A stretch of DNA of 57,701 bases from the NCBI GenBank assembly GCA_036389935.1, contig DASWCU010000056.1, positions 1 through 57,701 on the forward strand, in the 5' to 3' direction. This document shows, in pieces, positions 57,303 through 57,701 of this stretch; the first letter of the stretch is position 1, and each line of letters opens with the position of its first letter. Below the pieces are notes generated by a model that saw nothing but the letters and a program-made list of their open reading frames with translations, did not search any database and was not told where the DNA came from. Position numbers and translations under genes: made by a program. Source of the stretch: Candidatus Limnocylindria bacterium (GTDB lineage Bacteria > Chloroflexota > Limnocylindria > P2-11E).

Positions 57303-57701
57303 CTGACGACCGCGGCTGTCGACATCTATCTCGAGTCCGGCACTCGTCGCGTGTTCGCGTGCGCGCTGAACTGGCCGGGCTGGTGCCGCGCGGGAGCCGA
57401 CGAAGAGCGGTCGCTCCAGGCGCTTGCGGCGGCGGCGCCGCGCTACGCGGCGGTCGCGGCGTCCGCCGGGGTGCGGTTTCCGACCGCCGGGCGGACGACG
57501 TTCCGCGTCGTCGAACGCCTCGACGGGTCGGCGAGCACCGACTTCGGCGCGCCGGGCGCGATCGCGGCGCGCGACCGGCGGCCGGTGACGCGGGCGGAGG
57601 GCGAGCGGCTCGCCGCGCTGGTGGCGGCGTCGTGGTCGATCTTCGACCGCGTCCTCGCCGTTAGCCCGCCGCGATTGACGAAGGGCCCGCGTGGCGGGGG
57701 C
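57303..57701 (+). CDS. Conserved hypothetical protein, 3' end cut by window edge
   Basis: Open frame not listed in the track because there is no stop in the window: LTTAAVDIYLESGTRRVFACALNWPGWCRAGADEERSLQALAAAAPRYAAVAA...FRVVERLDGSASTDFGAPG...LTKGPRGG. Start unresolved (CTG 57303 or GTG 57351). The overlapping track ORF 57359..57664 is Arg/Gly-rich shadow. Confidence 0.4.
   Translation, partial: MTTAAVDIYLESGTRRVFACALNWPGWCRAGADEERSLQALAAAAPRYAAVAASAGVRFPTAGRTTFRVVERLDGSASTDFGAPGAIAARDRRPVTRAEGERLAALVAASWSIFDRVLAVSPPRLTKGPRGGG

Noticed and set aside
57359-57664. Track ORF 57359..57664 (+)
   Set aside because: Arg/Gly-rich shadow frame. The overlapping open frame from 57303 gives a protein-like sequence (VDIYLESGTRRVFACALNWPGWCR...) and was preferred.

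Overview
This is a 57.7-kb, very GC-rich, gene-dense chromosomal segment. I call about 60 protein-coding genes, one tRNA-Arg(UCU) and a few hairpins and palindromes. I recognised no rRNA, CRISPR array, transposase, integrase or prophage genes. G+C content was judged by eye, not computed.

The gene content points to an Actinomycetota-like high-GC organism, by inference only. The clues are several F420/deazaflavin-type folds, a DsbA-VKOR pair, DinB-fold proteins, a tandem-GNAT protein and a SARP remnant.

Gene content, left to right:
- murA, thrC-like, cystathionine beta-synthase, cystathionine gamma-lyase-type PLP enzyme and ccdA, all on the minus strand.
- A Dpp/Opp-type ABC importer that has no ATPase genes.
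- A HAD hydrolase, then a large PD-(D/E)xK + DEDDy exonuclease fusion protein.
- A tightly packed cluster: KGG stress protein, Cys/Met PLP enzyme, ATP-grasp ligase and SfnG-like flavin monooxygenase.
- MFS transporters, two M20 peptidases, a Crp regulator, acyl-CoA ligase and PlsC.
- A secreted metzincin-like protease, tRNA-Arg and lpd.
- A folE, SDR, tandem-PTPS and GT4 pterin cluster.
- acs, HU, thiolase, OsmC-DsbA-VKOR with msrA, a triple-repeat lipoprotein and a cation antiporter.
- A TetR-regulated deazaflavin-type reductase, a complete sugar ABC importer and an SGNH hydrolase.

Many long ORFs in the six-frame track are Arg/Ala/Gly-rich antisense shadows or 5' over-extensions. I trimmed or rejected these.

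Most interesting observations:
1. A gene hidden from the ORF track at 26021..26338 (minus strand). It encodes a signal-peptide HMA metal-binding domain with an in-frame TGA exactly at the first Cys of the CxxC motif (U-H-T-C). A perfect 7-bp hairpin follows immediately. It is either a candidate selenoprotein or a one-base nonsense pseudogene.
2. A tetrahydrobiopterin-type pterin cluster with an adjacent glycosyltransferase, possibly making a pterin glycoside.
3. The PLP / ATP-grasp / SfnG-like cluster.
4. The two-nuclease fusion protein.
5. An uncharacterised protein with a primase-polymerase-like motif pattern, next to a decayed SARP regulator.
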